In this document: positions 28,323-38,527 of the stretch, one piece after another
How positions within the stretch are numbered: position 1 is the stretch's first letter
How the letters are laid out: each line of letters opens with the position of its first letter
Assembly: GCA_963822965.1 (NCBI GenBank)
Contig: CAWGJT010000010.1
Span: 832,001 to 896,000, forward strand
Reading direction: 5' to 3'
Source: an uncultured delta proteobacterium
Lineage (GTDB): Bacteria > Myxococcota_A > UBA9160 > UBA4427
Length of the DNA stretch: 64,000 bases
Notes under the pieces: model-generated
What the model was told of the DNA's origin: nothing
Database searches by the model: none
Seen by the model: the letters and a program-made list of their open reading frames with translations, nothing else
Program-made: the position numbers and the translations under genes

Positions 28323-29123
28323 TCAGGCCGGCTTCTCGACGGGCAGCTGCGGGCGCCACGACACGCCGTTGACGTGGCTGCCGCCGTCGACGAACAGGGT
28401 GTTGCCGCTCACGTAGATCGAGTCGTCGGACGCCAGGAAGAGCGCGGCACCTCCGATGTCGATCTCGGGATCTCCCATGCGACCCAACGGGTTCTCCTGC
28501 AGCATGGCGGCGGCGGTCTCGGGGTTCGCCGCGCGAAAGGCCAGGTAGGCCTCGGTGGCGGCGGCGGGGCAGATGGCGTTGCAGCGGATGTTGAAGGGCC
28601 CCCACTCGACGGCGGCCGTTCGCGTGAGGGCGCGCAGCGCCTCCTTCGCCGTGTTGTAGTGCATCGTGAACCTGTGCGCGTTCACGCCATTGAGCGAGCA
28701 CATGTTGATGATGGAGCCGCCGCCGCGCGCCCGGAGATGCGGCAGGCATCGGGCCATCGCGCGCTGACAGGAGAGGAAGCCCACCCGCCACGCCCGATCG
28801 AGCTGCTCCTCGTCGAACCACTCGATGCGCTGCACGGCGGCGCCCGACCAGGCGTTGTTGACGAGAACGTCGACCCCGCCGAAACGCTCGACCGTCGCGT
28901 CCACCATGGCGTCGACGTCGCTGGTGCGGGCGACGTCGGTGTGGACGAAGAGCGCCTCGGAGCCCAGCTCCTCCACCTCGGACGCCGTACGCCGTCCCGT
29001 CTCGTCGTCGTAGTCGGCCACGACGATCCTCGCCCCCTCGCGAGCGAAGCGTCGCGCGATGCCGCGGCCGATTCCGCGGCCGGCTCCGGTCACGATGGCG
29101 ACGCGATCCCGCAGACGATCCAT
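28323..29123 (-). CDS. Short-chain dehydrogenase/reductase
   Basis: TGAGRGIG, NNA, YNTAK. Confidence 0.93.
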   Translation of the reverse strand: MDRLRDRVAIVTGAGRGIGRGIARRFAREGARIVVADYDDETGRRTASEVEELGSEALFVHTDVARTSDVDAMVDATVERFGGVDVLVNNAWSGAAVQRIEWFDEEQLDRAWRVGFLSCQRAMARCLPHLRARGGGSIINMCSLNGVNAHRFTMHYNTAKEALRALTRTAAVEWGPFNIRCNAICPAAATEAYLAFRAANPETAAAMLQENPLGRMGDPEIDIGGAALFLASDDSIYVSGNTLFVDGGSHVNGVSWRPQLPVEKPA

Positions 29124-29223
29124 GCTCGGCGCCCCCCCGAAAGACGCGGAGCATAGTCGAAGGCAGCGCCGCGGGTTTCGGCACGCGCAGCCCGGCTGTT
29201 ATCGTGGGACGCATGGAGCTTGC

Positions 29224-31149
29224 GTGACGGCCATCGACGCCGTCCTCGTTCTGGGGTTCGCGGCCTGGGCCGTCGCCGCCGGGTGGCGGGCCCGGAAGGC
29301 CGCTTCGCAGAACCTCGAGGAGTACTTTCTCGCGGGTCGGACCCTGCCGGGCTGGCAGGCCGGGGTCTCCATGGCGGCCACGCAGTTCGCGGCGGACACG
29401 CCCCTGCTGGTGACGGGACTCATCGCGACCACCGGGATCTTCGGTCTCTGGCGCCTGTGGATCTACGCGCTGGCCTTCCTGCTGCTCGGCTTCGTGCTGG
29501 CGCCGTGCTGGCGGCGCGTGCGGGTACTGACAGACGCGGAGCTCGCGGAGCTGCGCTACGCCGGGCGCGCCGCCACCGCGCTGCGGGTCGCCAAGGCGCT
29601 CTACTTCGGCACCCTCTTCAACTGCGTCGTCCTGGCCATGGTGCTCTTCGCCGCAAAGGAGGTGGCGGAGCCCTTCCTCCACTGGAACCAGTGGCTGCCC
29701 GGGCCGCTCTTCGACGGCGCGCAGAGCGTCGTGCGGTTCATCGGAGTGCCCTATGCGGGAGCGGTCGCCGACCCGGCGGCGACCGCCGCGGACGTCTGGC
29801 TCCGGTCGACCAACAACCTGATCTCGCTGGGGATGCTCGTGGCCCTGACCGGTGCCTATTCGGCGGTCGGGGGCCTGCGCGGCGTGGTTCGCACCGACCT
29901 CATGCAGTTCGCCCTGATGACCGTGGCGACGTTCGTGTTCGCCGTGTGGGTGGTGGAGCAGGTCGGGGGCCTCGCGGGCCTGTCGGAACGCATTCACGCC
30001 CACTTCGCCTCCGGCGGACCCGCCGGCATGACGACGCGCGAGCTGCTCTCGTTCACGCCGTCGGGCGCGCGCGAAGCGTCCTGGGCGGTGCTGGGCGTCC
30101 TGGCCCTGCAATGGCTCGTGCAGATGAACGCGGACGGAACCGGCTATCTCGCCCAGCGCACCATGGCCTGCCGCAGTGATCGTGACGCCACGCAGGCCGC
30201 CCTCGTGTTCACCTTCCTGCAGATCGTCATGCGCAGCCTGCTGTGGCTTCCCCTGGGCCTGGGGCTGCTGCTGCTGTTTCCTCCGGATCCGTCGCTGTCG
30301 CTCGAGGCGCTGCGCGCGGATCGCGAGGCCACCTTCGTCCGCGGCATGGTGGCGCTGCCGCCGGGTCTGCTCGGCCTGATGGTGACCGCCATGCTCGCAG
30401 CGCTCGCCTCCACGATCGACACCCACCTGAACTGGGGTGCTTCGTACTGGACCCACGACCTCTACGATCGGGTGATCTGCAGGGTCTGGACGGGACGGAC
30501 GCCCTCCGAGCGCTCGCTCGTCTGGATCGCGCGGCTCTCGAGCGGCCTCATCCTGTGCGTGTCCCTGGCCATCCTGCCGCGTCTCTCCTCCATCCAGGTC
30601 GCCTGGCACACGAGCCTGCTGCTCGGCGCGGGCATGGGGATCGTGCTGGTGCTGCGGTGGCTGTGGTGGCGCATCACCGCCTGGGCGGAGCTGGCGACCC
30701 TGGTGGCCTCGTCCGTACTCGCTCCGGTGCTGCTGCTGACCATGCCGCCCGAGCGCGAGGCGCTGCGCCTGCTGTGCATGGCCCTGGGGGCGACGGCGGC
30801 CGGCGTCGCGACGGCGCTGTTCGGTCCGAGCGAGCCGTCCGCGCGGCTCGAGGAGTTCTATCGCCGGGCCCGTCCGCCGGGCTTGTGGGGACCGGTGGCG
30901 CAGGCGTGCGGCGAGTCGCCGCGAGACGACGTGCGGCGCCTGGCGAAGGGACTCACGGCGACCGTCCTGGCGGCCTGGACCGTGCTGGCATCCCTGACCG
31001 GGCTGGGCACGTGGCTGGTGGGGAGCCCCGCGCCGCCCTGGATGCCGTGGCGGGGCGTGTGGATCGCCTTCCTGATCTCGTCGGCGGTTGCCGTCGCGCC
31101 GGTCTGGTGGCGTCTGGGTGTGCCCGGCCTGGCGCCGCGAGAGGGCTGA
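29224..31149 (+). CDS. Sodium:solute symporter family protein
   Basis: EEYFLAGR, SMAATQFAADTP, GGLRGVVRTD, YLAQR; many TM segments. Confidence 0.9.
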   Translation: MTAIDAVLVLGFAAWAVAAGWRARKAASQNLEEYFLAGRTLPGWQAGVSMAATQFAADTPLLVTGLIATTGIFGLWRLWIYALAFLLLGFVLAPCWRRVRVLTDAELAELRYAGRAATALRVAKALYFGTLFNCVVLAMVLFAAKEVAEPFLHWNQWLPGPLFDGAQSVVRFIGVPYAGAVADPAATAADVWLRSTNNLISLGMLVALTGAYSAVGGLRGVVRTDLMQFALMTVATFVFAVWVVEQVGGLAGLSERIHAHFASGGPAGMTTRELLSFTPSGAREASWAVLGVLALQWLVQMNADGTGYLAQRTMACRSDRDATQAALVFTFLQIVMRSLLWLPLGLGLLLLFPPDPSLSLEALRADREATFVRGMVALPPGLLGLMVTAMLAALASTIDTHLNWGASYWTHDLYDRVICRVWTGRTPSERSLVWIARLSSGLILCVSLAILPRLSSIQVAWHTSLLLGAGMGIVLVLRWLWWRITAWAELATLVASSVLAPVLLLTMPPEREALRLLCMALGATAAGVATALFGPSEPSARLEEFYRRARPPGLWGPVAQACGESPRDDVRRLAKGLTATVLAAWTVLASLTGLGTWLVGSPAPPWMPWRGVWIAFLISSAVAVAPVWWRLGVPGLAPREG

Positions 31150-31213
31150 GTCCGCCGCGCCCGATGCCGGCGCCGGAGGCGAAGGGTCCGCCTTGTCGTC
31201 ATACTCCGCGCTC

Positions 31214-32737
31214 GTGAGCCCTGGCCCGAGTCCCCGCACGCGCGGGCGCGTCCCCCGTCGCGCTCCTCGTCGCGTCCCGTGCATCGGAGATCTGATCGAT
31301 CTCGAGATCGCGCTCGACCAGGATCGCGAACGACCCATCGAGATGCTGCTGGCGCGGGACGCCCGCATCGCGAGCGAGATCGACGTCGCGCATCTGGACG
31401 ACCGCGAGGTGGTGCTCGCCTGGCTCGACCGGGTGCGCCCGGCGCCCGAATCGCCCGGCCGGGCCGGCGAGCATCTGCTGCGGCTGCTCGGCGTGCTGCT
31501 GGTGGCGGCCGGCTTCGCGTCGGGTGCGACCGGCGTGGCGGGCTGGCTGTGGAGCGGCACCCGGATTCCGGTGAACGTGGTGCAGCTGTGGCCCGCACTC
31601 GTGGGGGTACAGCTGCTGCTGGCCCTGGCCTGGGTCGCCCTGCGGCTTGCCGGCCACTGGCTGCCGCGGCCACCTGCGCACGGGCTCGCGACCTGGCTGC
31701 CGGCGGCCCTCGGGACCCTGCTGGCGCGCCTGCTCCGGCCGGGGCTTCGGGACGCCTGGAGCCGCTTCCGCAGCCTCGATCGCGTGTACCGGGGGCTGCC
31801 GTTCTGGCGCGCGACTGCGCTCGTCCAGTCGTTCGCGGTGGCGTTCAACCTGGGAGCGCTCGCCGCGCTGCTCTTCATCCCGACCGTCGACGATCCGGCA
31901 TTCGGCTGGCGCAGCCGCTTGGTGGACGCGGGCGAGCTGCACGCGGCGGCGCGCGTGGTGGCGGCGCCGTGGGCCGGGATCTGGCCCGAGGCACTGCCGA
32001 CGCGCGAAGACGTCGAAGCCACGGAGCACTCGAGCCTCACCCCGGGCGAGGCGACGGCCCGTCCGGGACGCTCCGACGTGTGGGCCGCCTGGTGGCCGTT
32101 CCTGGTGGCGTCGTTCGTCTGCTACGGGCTGCTGCCGCGGGTGGCGCTGCGGGCGACCGCCTCCCTGGGCACCCGACGGCTGCTGCGCGGGATCGCCTTC
32201 GACCACGAGGGCTGCGTGCGCCTGCGCGAGCGCCTGCGGCGCCCGGTGGTGGACGGCCGGGCCGAGGAGCGCGATCGGTCGGGCGCACACGACGACGCGC
32301 GCACGCCGGAGCTTCCGCGGCTGGAGCTGCCGGGCCGGGTGTGGGCGATTCGCTGGGCCGGCGTGCCGCTCGACGGCGAGGCGCTCGCCACCCGTCTCGC
32401 GGGCTCCCACGGTGTCGTCGTCGAAGGCGTGGAGACCGCTGGTGCCCTCGATCTCGCCGGCGACGCTGCCGCCCTCGAGAAGCTGCGAGGCGCACCGGCG
32501 GTGCTGGTGGTGGTCGAGGCCTGGGAGCCGCCGAGCGCGGACTATCTCGACTTCCTGCGGCGGCTTCGGGGAACGCTGGGCCAGCGCACCCCCGTGCTCG
32601 TGCTGCCCTGCGAGGTGGACGAGCGGGGGCGCCCGACGGTCGTCGCACCGCGTCATGTCGCGCTCTGGCGCCGCAGCCTGACGGCCCTCTCCGACCCCTG
32701 GCTGCGGGTCGAGCCCTTCCCCGGAGACGCTTCGTGA
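31214..32737 (+). CDS. DUF2868-like membrane protein
   Basis: PVNV, FGWRSRL, WWPFL...YGLLPR, WEPP motifs recalled for the family; coupled to downstream GTPase. Confidence 0.7.
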   Translation: MSPGPSPRTRGRVPRRAPRRVPCIGDLIDLEIALDQDRERPIEMLLARDARIASEIDVAHLDDREVVLAWLDRVRPAPESPGRAGEHLLRLLGVLLVAAGFASGATGVAGWLWSGTRIPVNVVQLWPALVGVQLLLALAWVALRLAGHWLPRPPAHGLATWLPAALGTLLARLLRPGLRDAWSRFRSLDRVYRGLPFWRATALVQSFAVAFNLGALAALLFIPTVDDPAFGWRSRLVDAGELHAAARVVAAPWAGIWPEALPTREDVEATEHSSLTPGEATARPGRSDVWAAWWPFLVASFVCYGLLPRVALRATASLGTRRLLRGIAFDHEGCVRLRERLRRPVVDGRAEERDRSGAHDDARTPELPRLELPGRVWAIRWAGVPLDGEALATRLAGSHGVVVEGVETAGALDLAGDAAALEKLRGAPAVLVVVEAWEPPSADYLDFLRRLRGTLGQRTPVLVLPCEVDERGRPTVVAPRHVALWRRSLTALSDPWLRVEPFPGDAS

Positions 32738-34146
32738 CGGCCCCGGCCTTCGCGGTCGTGGGCCACGTGAACCGCGGCAAGTCGAGCGTCGTCTCGACCC
32801 TGGCCGCCGATCCCTCGGTGGCCATCGACGACACGCCCGGCACCACCCTGGCCACGCGCGCCTATCCGATGCGCGTGAACGGCGAGGTGCTGTACACGCT
32901 CTACGACACGCCCGGCTTCGAGCGCGCGCGCCACGTGCTCGCCTGGCTGCGCGAGCGCGAGACGGGCACCGGGGAGCGGGCGGCGCTGGTCCGCCGCTTC
33001 GTCGACGAGCACGCCCGCACGGGGGGCTTCGTACCCGAGTGCGAGCTGCTGCGGCCGATCCTCGACGGCGCCGGCATCCTCTACGTGGTCGACGCCTCGA
33101 TCCCGGTGACGCCGGCGGTCGAGGCGGAGGCGGAGATCCTGCGCTGGACCGGACGGCCCCGGATGGCGCTGCTCAATCCCATCGGCGAACGGGACTTCAG
33201 CGAGCAGTGGCGGCCGATCCTGGACCAGTACTTCAGCCTCGTCCGGGTCTTCGACGCGCACGAGGCCGACTTCGCGCGCCGGATCGGGCTCCTGCGCGCT
33301 CTGGGCGAGCTCTCCCTCGACTGGCGGCCGGCGCTCGAGCGCGCGGTGGAGGTGTTGGAGGCGGACCGTCGCTTCCGGCTGCGCGAGAGCGCGCGGGTGA
33401 TTGCGGACGCCCTCGCCGATCTCGTCACCCACACCGAGGAGAAGCGCCTCGCGCCCGGCGCCGATCCCGAGCCCGAGCGCGAGCCGCTCCAGACCCGCTA
33501 CTACGCGTGGCTTCGCGAGCGCGAGCTCCGGATGCGACGCGATCTGCGCCGGCTGCACCTGCACGAGGACCTCGAGGTGGACCAGGCGGGCATCGAGCAG
33601 CAGGACGAGGAGCTCTTCGACCTGTCGACCTGGAGCCGTCTCGGTCTGTCCCGCGCGCAGCTCGCGGCTGCGGGGGCGGCCGCCGGGGCGGTCGTCGGGG
33701 GTGGCATCGACGTCAGCGTCGGTGGCTCGTCGCTGCTGTTGGGCAGCGCCCTCGGTGGGGCGGTGGGTGCCGCGTCGGCGCTGTGGGGCTGGGCCCAGCT
33801 CGCCCAGGTTCGCATCCTGGGGCTCCAGCTCGGCGGGCGGCTGCTGCGCATCGGTCCGATGCCGAACCGGAACTTTCCCTGGGTGATCCTGGATCGTGCC
33901 CTGGTCTTCCACGCCGCGGTCGCCCGGCGGGCGCACGCCCGCCGGGCGGCGGTCGACCTGCGAAACGCCGAGGGCGTGGTCTCGACGCTGCCCCGCGAGG
34001 TGCGCGGCGAGATCCAGTCGGCCTTCGACACGCTGCGCCGGGGCGGCAGCCCCGAGGCGGCCGGAGGAGCGTGCCGCGTGCTGGCGGGCGCCGTCGAGGG
34101 CCTGCTGCGCGTGGCTTCGGAGCCCGGATCCGGGTCGTCGGGGTAG
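32734..34146 (+). CDS. GTPase with DUF3482-like C-terminal domain
   Basis: GHVNRGKSS (G1), GTT (G2), DTPG (G3); Gly/Ala-rich hydrophobic hairpin; GTGA overlap. Confidence 0.8.
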   Translation: MTAPAFAVVGHVNRGKSSVVSTLAADPSVAIDDTPGTTLATRAYPMRVNGEVLYTLYDTPGFERARHVLAWLRERETGTGERAALVRRFVDEHARTGGFVPECELLRPILDGAGILYVVDASIPVTPAVEAEAEILRWTGRPRMALLNPIGERDFSEQWRPILDQYFSLVRVFDAHEADFARRIGLLRALGELSLDWRPALERAVEVLEADRRFRLRESARVIADALADLVTHTEEKRLAPGADPEPEREPLQTRYYAWLRERELRMRRDLRRLHLHEDLEVDQAGIEQQDEELFDLSTWSRLGLSRAQLAAAGAAAGAVVGGGIDVSVGGSSLLLGSALGGAVGAASALWGWAQLAQVRILGLQLGGRLLRIGPMPNRNFPWVILDRALVFHAAVARRAHARRAAVDLRNAEGVVSTLPREVRGEIQSAFDTLRRGGSPEAAGGACRVLAGAVEGLLRVASEPGSGSSG

Positions 34147-34223
34147 CTCGTCGAGAGGCGTCGCTGGGGTAGAGTCGAGGAGTCGTCCCGAGACCGGGCG
34201 ACCGCCAGCAGGAGGGCCTCGGA

Positions 34224-35081
34224 ATGCAGACCGGCGACTACGAGCGGATCCGGGTCGAGCCGACGAGCGGCGCTCTGGGCGCGGAGGTATTCGACGTCGA
34301 TCTGGCGAGCAAGCTCGACGACGCGACCTTCGAGGAGATCCATCGCGCCTGGCTCGAGCACGGGGTGCTCTTCTTTCGCGACCAGCACATCACCCCCGGC
34401 CAGCAGACGGCCTTCGGCGAGCGCTTCGGGGATCTCGAGAGCTATCCCTTCATCGCGCCGCTGCCCGGGCATCCCCACGTGATTCCCATCATCAAGGAGA
34501 AGGAGACGCGCTTCAACTTCGGCGGGGGCTGGCACTCGGACATGTCCTACGAGGAGAGGCCCTGCAAGGCGACGCTTCTCTACGCCATCGAGGTGCCCGA
34601 CCGAGGCGGCGACACGCTCTTCGCCAACATGACCGCGGCCTACGAGGCGCTCTCGCCGGGCATGAAGCGCCTGCTCGACGGGCTGCGCGCGGTCTTCACG
34701 GCGGCGAAGGTTCACGGGGCGGCCGGCCTGTACGAGAACGCGGACCACCCCATGGAGAGGCAGAAGAACGAGGCCCACGAGCAGGCGCGTCACCTGCACC
34801 CGGTGGTCCGGACGCATCCCGAGACGGGTCGCAGGGCTCTCTACCTCGATCCGCCCCACGTGGAGCGCTTCGAGAACATGCGGGTTCACGAGAGCCAGCC
34901 GTTGATGGACTTCCTGGCCCAGCATGCGACCCAGCCGCACTTCACGACGCGCCTGCGCTGGCGGCCGGGCACCCTGGCGGTCTGGGACAACCGATGCGTG
35001 CAGCACTACGCGCTCAACGACTACCCGGGGAAGCGCCGCGAGATGAACCGCATCACCGTCCAGGGGGGCGTGCCGGTCTAG
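34224..35081 (+). CDS. TauD/TfdA family dioxygenase
   Basis: WHSD, GGDT, HPVVRTHPETG, WDNRCVQH. Confidence 0.93.
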   Translation: MQTGDYERIRVEPTSGALGAEVFDVDLASKLDDATFEEIHRAWLEHGVLFFRDQHITPGQQTAFGERFGDLESYPFIAPLPGHPHVIPIIKEKETRFNFGGGWHSDMSYEERPCKATLLYAIEVPDRGGDTLFANMTAAYEALSPGMKRLLDGLRAVFTAAKVHGAAGLYENADHPMERQKNEAHEQARHLHPVVRTHPETGRRALYLDPPHVERFENMRVHESQPLMDFLAQHATQPHFTTRLRWRPGTLAVWDNRCVQHYALNDYPGKRREMNRITVQGGVPV

Positions 35082-36031
35082 TCCTCGCCCCGATCGGCTT
35101 CCGCTCCCGAGGCGGGCTCGAAGCCCGCGTCGGCCGCCCGCAGCAAGGTGGTGACGGCGTCGTTGAGCGGGGTCGGAATGCCGTGACGGCGACCGAGGCG
35201 ACCCACCACCGCGTTGCGGACCTGCCACTCGAGCGGCCGTCCCTCGCGCCGGTCGACGGTGATCGAAGACCAGTGGTCCGACGCGGCCTCGAGAACCCGG
35301 GAGAGCACCTTCTCCGGCGCATCCGCGGGCAGGCGCGCGCCCTCCGCCCGGCCCACGCCGGCCACCTCCCGCATCAGGGCCAGCACGAGCTCGCGCACGT
35401 CGGGCTCGGCGGCCACCCCGTTGGGCCGGATCACCAGGGCGCACACGCCGCCCAGGGCGGCGTTGGAGAGCAGCTTCCACCAGGCCTGGCTCCGGAAGTC
35501 GGGGGTGGCGACCACCCGGGTGCGCGCGCCTTCGAAGAGCGCTGCGAAGTCGCGGCCGTCGTCGTCGTCCGGCACGAAGAGGAGCCCGTCCCGGGACTGG
35601 CGGACCCGGCCGGGGGCGGTCTTCTCCGCCGGCAGCTGGATCACCACCGGCAGCAGCCGTGTGCCGGCCGGCGCCAGGGGGGCGATGCGCTCCGCGTGGT
35701 CGACACCGTTCTGGAGCACCGCCAGGCGTGCGCCCCCGGTGCAGAGCGTGTCGAGCCAGCGGCCTGCGGCCGCGCTCTGGTTGGCCTTCGTCGCGAGCAA
35801 CACCCAGTCGAAGCCGCGACCCGGCGGCAGCGAGGTCAGGGCCTGCTCGGGTCGGACGGCCACCACCGCGTCCACCGTGGACACGCCGCCGGGCCGCGCC
35901 ACCTGCAGGCGCTCGAAGGGAGTCCTCGCGCACAGCACGATCCGGTGTCGGCCGAGGTCGGCGAGGTCGGCCGCGACGGCGCCGCCGATGGCGCCCACGC
36001 CGACGACGGCGATGCGGGCGGGCTCGCTCAC
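35078..36031 (-). CDS. 2-dehydropantoate 2-reductase (ketopantoate reductase) family
   Basis: GVGAIGG, ATKA, LQNG, WWKLLSN, SSITVD...GRPLE. Confidence 0.85.
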   Translation of the reverse strand: MSEPARIAVVGVGAIGGAVAADLADLGRHRIVLCARTPFERLQVARPGGVSTVDAVVAVRPEQALTSLPPGRGFDWVLLATKANQSAAAGRWLDTLCTGGARLAVLQNGVDHAERIAPLAPAGTRLLPVVIQLPAEKTAPGRVRQSRDGLLFVPDDDDGRDFAALFEGARTRVVATPDFRSQAWWKLLSNAALGGVCALVIRPNGVAAEPDVRELVLALMREVAGVGRAEGARLPADAPEKVLSRVLEAASDHWSSITVDRREGRPLEWQVRNAVVGRLGRRHGIPTPLNDAVTTLLRAADAGFEPASGAEADRGED

Positions 36032-37110
36032 GCGACGCCTTCCGAGAGCCGCTCCGCGACCGCGTCACAGAAGGCCTCGGTGGACGCCGAGCCGCCCTGG
36101 TCCGGCGTCAGGGTGCGACCTTCCGCGTAGACCGCCGCGACCGCCGCCGCGAGGTTGCGGGCGGCTTCGCCGAAGCCCAGGTGCTCCAGCATCATCGCGC
36201 CAGAGAGAATCATCGCCGTGGGGTTGATCGTGCCGCGCCCCGCAAGATCGGGCGCGGTGCCGTGCGCCGATTCGAAGTAGGCGTAGTCGTCGCCGTAGCA
36301 GCCGCTGGGCGCCAGCCCCAGACCCCCCACCAGCGCCGACGCGGCGTCCGAGAGCACGTCGCCGTACAGGTTGGGCAGGACGACGACGTCGAAGGTCTTG
36401 GGCCGGCAGACGAGCTGGTGCGCCAGGTCGTCCACGATCAGCGATTCGAAGCCGATGTCCGGATACTCGCTCGCCACCTGTAGGGCGACGTCGCGGAAGA
36501 GACCGTCGGAGAGGGGCAGCATGTTGTGCTTGGTGCCGCAGGTGACGTGCCCCGGCCGTCCGGCCGCCCGGCGCCTTCGGGCCAGCTCGAACGCGAAGCG
36601 CACCACCCGGAGGCTGCCCGCCTCGGTGATCACCTTCAGGGCGAAGCGCCCGGGGGCGAGCTCGTCCACCGGGCGGCCCACGGTGGGGCTGCGCAGGCCG
36701 GCCGGGGCCAGCTCCTGCAGGTCGCCCTCCGTGCGCACGTACAGGTCTTCGAGGTTCTCGCGGACGATCACGAAGTCGATGCCGGTGGGGTCGGCGAGCG
36801 GGCTCCGGGCGCCGGGCAGGAAGCGCGCCGGGCGCACGTTCGCGTAGGTCTGCTTGCCCCAGCGCAGGTAGAAGAGGGCGGGCACGCTCGGGCCGCTGGT
36901 GGCGCCGAAGAAGGTCGAGTCCGCGGCGTCGATGGCCTGGCGCGCCTCGTCGGGAAACAGGCCGCCGTGCGTGGCGCGTGCCGCCAGACCGACGGGCGGT
37001 CGGATCCACTCGAGATCGAGACCGAGCCGGTCGATGAGCCTGACCGTCGGCTCGAAGGCTTCGGGAGCGGCGTCCTCGCCCGGGATCAGCACGACGCGTC
37101 GGTGGGGCAC
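36028..37110 (-). CDS. Isocitrate/isopropylmalate dehydrogenase family protein
   Basis: YANVRP, VRENLE, NLYGDVLSD, FESAHGTAPD. Confidence 0.9.
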   Translation of the reverse strand: MPHRRVVLIPGEDAAPEAFEPTVRLIDRLGLDLEWIRPPVGLAARATHGGLFPDEARQAIDAADSTFFGATSGPSVPALFYLRWGKQTYANVRPARFLPGARSPLADPTGIDFVIVRENLEDLYVRTEGDLQELAPAGLRSPTVGRPVDELAPGRFALKVITEAGSLRVVRFAFELARRRRAAGRPGHVTCGTKHNMLPLSDGLFRDVALQVASEYPDIGFESLIVDDLAHQLVCRPKTFDVVVLPNLYGDVLSDAASALVGGLGLAPSGCYGDDYAYFESAHGTAPDLAGRGTINPTAMILSGAMMLEHLGFGEAARNLAAAVAAVYAEGRTLTPDQGGSASTEAFCDAVAERLSEGVA

Positions 37111-37288
37111 GCGGCGCAGGGTAGGGGCTCGCCGAGGTGCGCGCAGGCCGGCGCGCACCTCGGCGCCCGACGAGCCGCGGCGGGATGGACGCCGGTCCGG
37201 CGACGGACGCTCGGGTATAGTCACCGCTCCCGTCGGGCTCGCGCTTCGTCGGGCACACACCAGGACTCGCGAGGAGAATCGCAACGAG

Positions 37289-38479
37289 ATGGCGGCCCGT
37301 CCGCTCGAGGGCATTCGGGTCCTCGACTTCAGTCGCGTGGTCGCGGGACCGCTCTGCGGCCGGCTGATGGCCGACCAGGGCGCGCTGGTCATCAAGATCG
37401 AGCCGCCCGCGCCGGACATGACCCGCCGGGCGACGCCGCTGGTGGACGGGGCGAGCGCGTACTTCAGCCACCTGAACGCGGGCAAGCTGGGCGTCTGTGT
37501 CGATCTCGCCGACGCCGAGGCGGCCGAGCTCGTGGCGCGCCTGGCCGACGATGCGGACGTCGTGATCGAGAACTTCCGGCCCGGCACCCTCGCGCGCTAC
37601 GGGCTCGACGCGGAGACCCTCTGCCGGCGCAATCCGCGGCTCGTCTACTGCTCGATCAGCGGCTACGGGCAGCGGGGCGTGTGGGCATCGCGACGGGCGT
37701 ATGCGCCCGTGGTCCACGGCGAAGCCGGCATGATCGCCTCGACGGCGCGCCTGCACGATGCGCCCCCGCGGCCCGAAGCGCTCTCCCACGCCGACTTCCA
37801 GGCGGGCTTTCTGGCCATGGGGGCGATCGGCAATGCGCTCTTCGACCGCGAGCGCAGCGGCGCGGGCTGTCATCTGGACGTCTCGCTCGCCGAGGCCTCG
37901 GTCTACGCCAACGAGTTCAGCGCGCCCGAGCTGTGCGGACAGACCGGCCCCGCCACCTTCGCCGGAGCGGTCTCCCTGGTGTTGGAGCTCGCCGACGGGA
38001 CTCGCGTCGTCACCCAGGGAAACCCGGCGGACAACTTTCGGGGCTGGGCCCGAGCCATGGGACGCCCCGAGCTGCTGGAAGACCCGCGCTTCGCGCGTCA
38101 CGAGGCCCGCCTGCGTCATCGCACGGAGATCTGCGAGATGCTCCTCGAGTTCGCGCGGGGCTTCGATTCCCTCGAGGCGCTGCACGCGACGGTGGACCCG
38201 CATCGGATCGCGGTGGGCGTGGTGCGCACCGTCGCCGAGCTGGCGGAGACCGAGTGGGCCCGTGAGCGCGGGCTGGTCGCGGAGCCGGCGCCGGGCCTGC
38301 GGCTGCCGCGCGTTCCCTATCGCTCATCGCGCGCGGAGATCGGGGCCGTCGGTCGGGCGCCGCGACGCGGCGAGCACAACGAGGAGGTGCTCCGCCGCCT
38401 CCTCGGCCTCGACGACGAGGCGATTGCCGGACTGCGGGAACGCGGCGCGATCCTGACGGCGGAAGAAGGCGGCCACTGA
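37289..38479 (+). CDS. CoA-transferase family III (CaiB/BaiF)
   Basis: PLEGIRVLDFS, AGP, ENFRPG, SISGYGQ, GEHNEEVL. Confidence 0.92.
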   Translation: MAARPLEGIRVLDFSRVVAGPLCGRLMADQGALVIKIEPPAPDMTRRATPLVDGASAYFSHLNAGKLGVCVDLADAEAAELVARLADDADVVIENFRPGTLARYGLDAETLCRRNPRLVYCSISGYGQRGVWASRRAYAPVVHGEAGMIASTARLHDAPPRPEALSHADFQAGFLAMGAIGNALFDRERSGAGCHLDVSLAEASVYANEFSAPELCGQTGPATFAGAVSLVLELADGTRVVTQGNPADNFRGWARAMGRPELLEDPRFARHEARLRHRTEICEMLLEFARGFDSLEALHATVDPHRIAVGVVRTVAELAETEWARERGLVAEPAPGLRLPRVPYRSSRAEIGAVGRAPRRGEHNEEVLRRLLGLDDEAIAGLRERGAILTAEEGGH

Positions 38480-38527
38480 ACGGCGGCGTGCGAGTCGCCG
38501 CGCGAGGATCCGCTACGCTCGTCGCCC

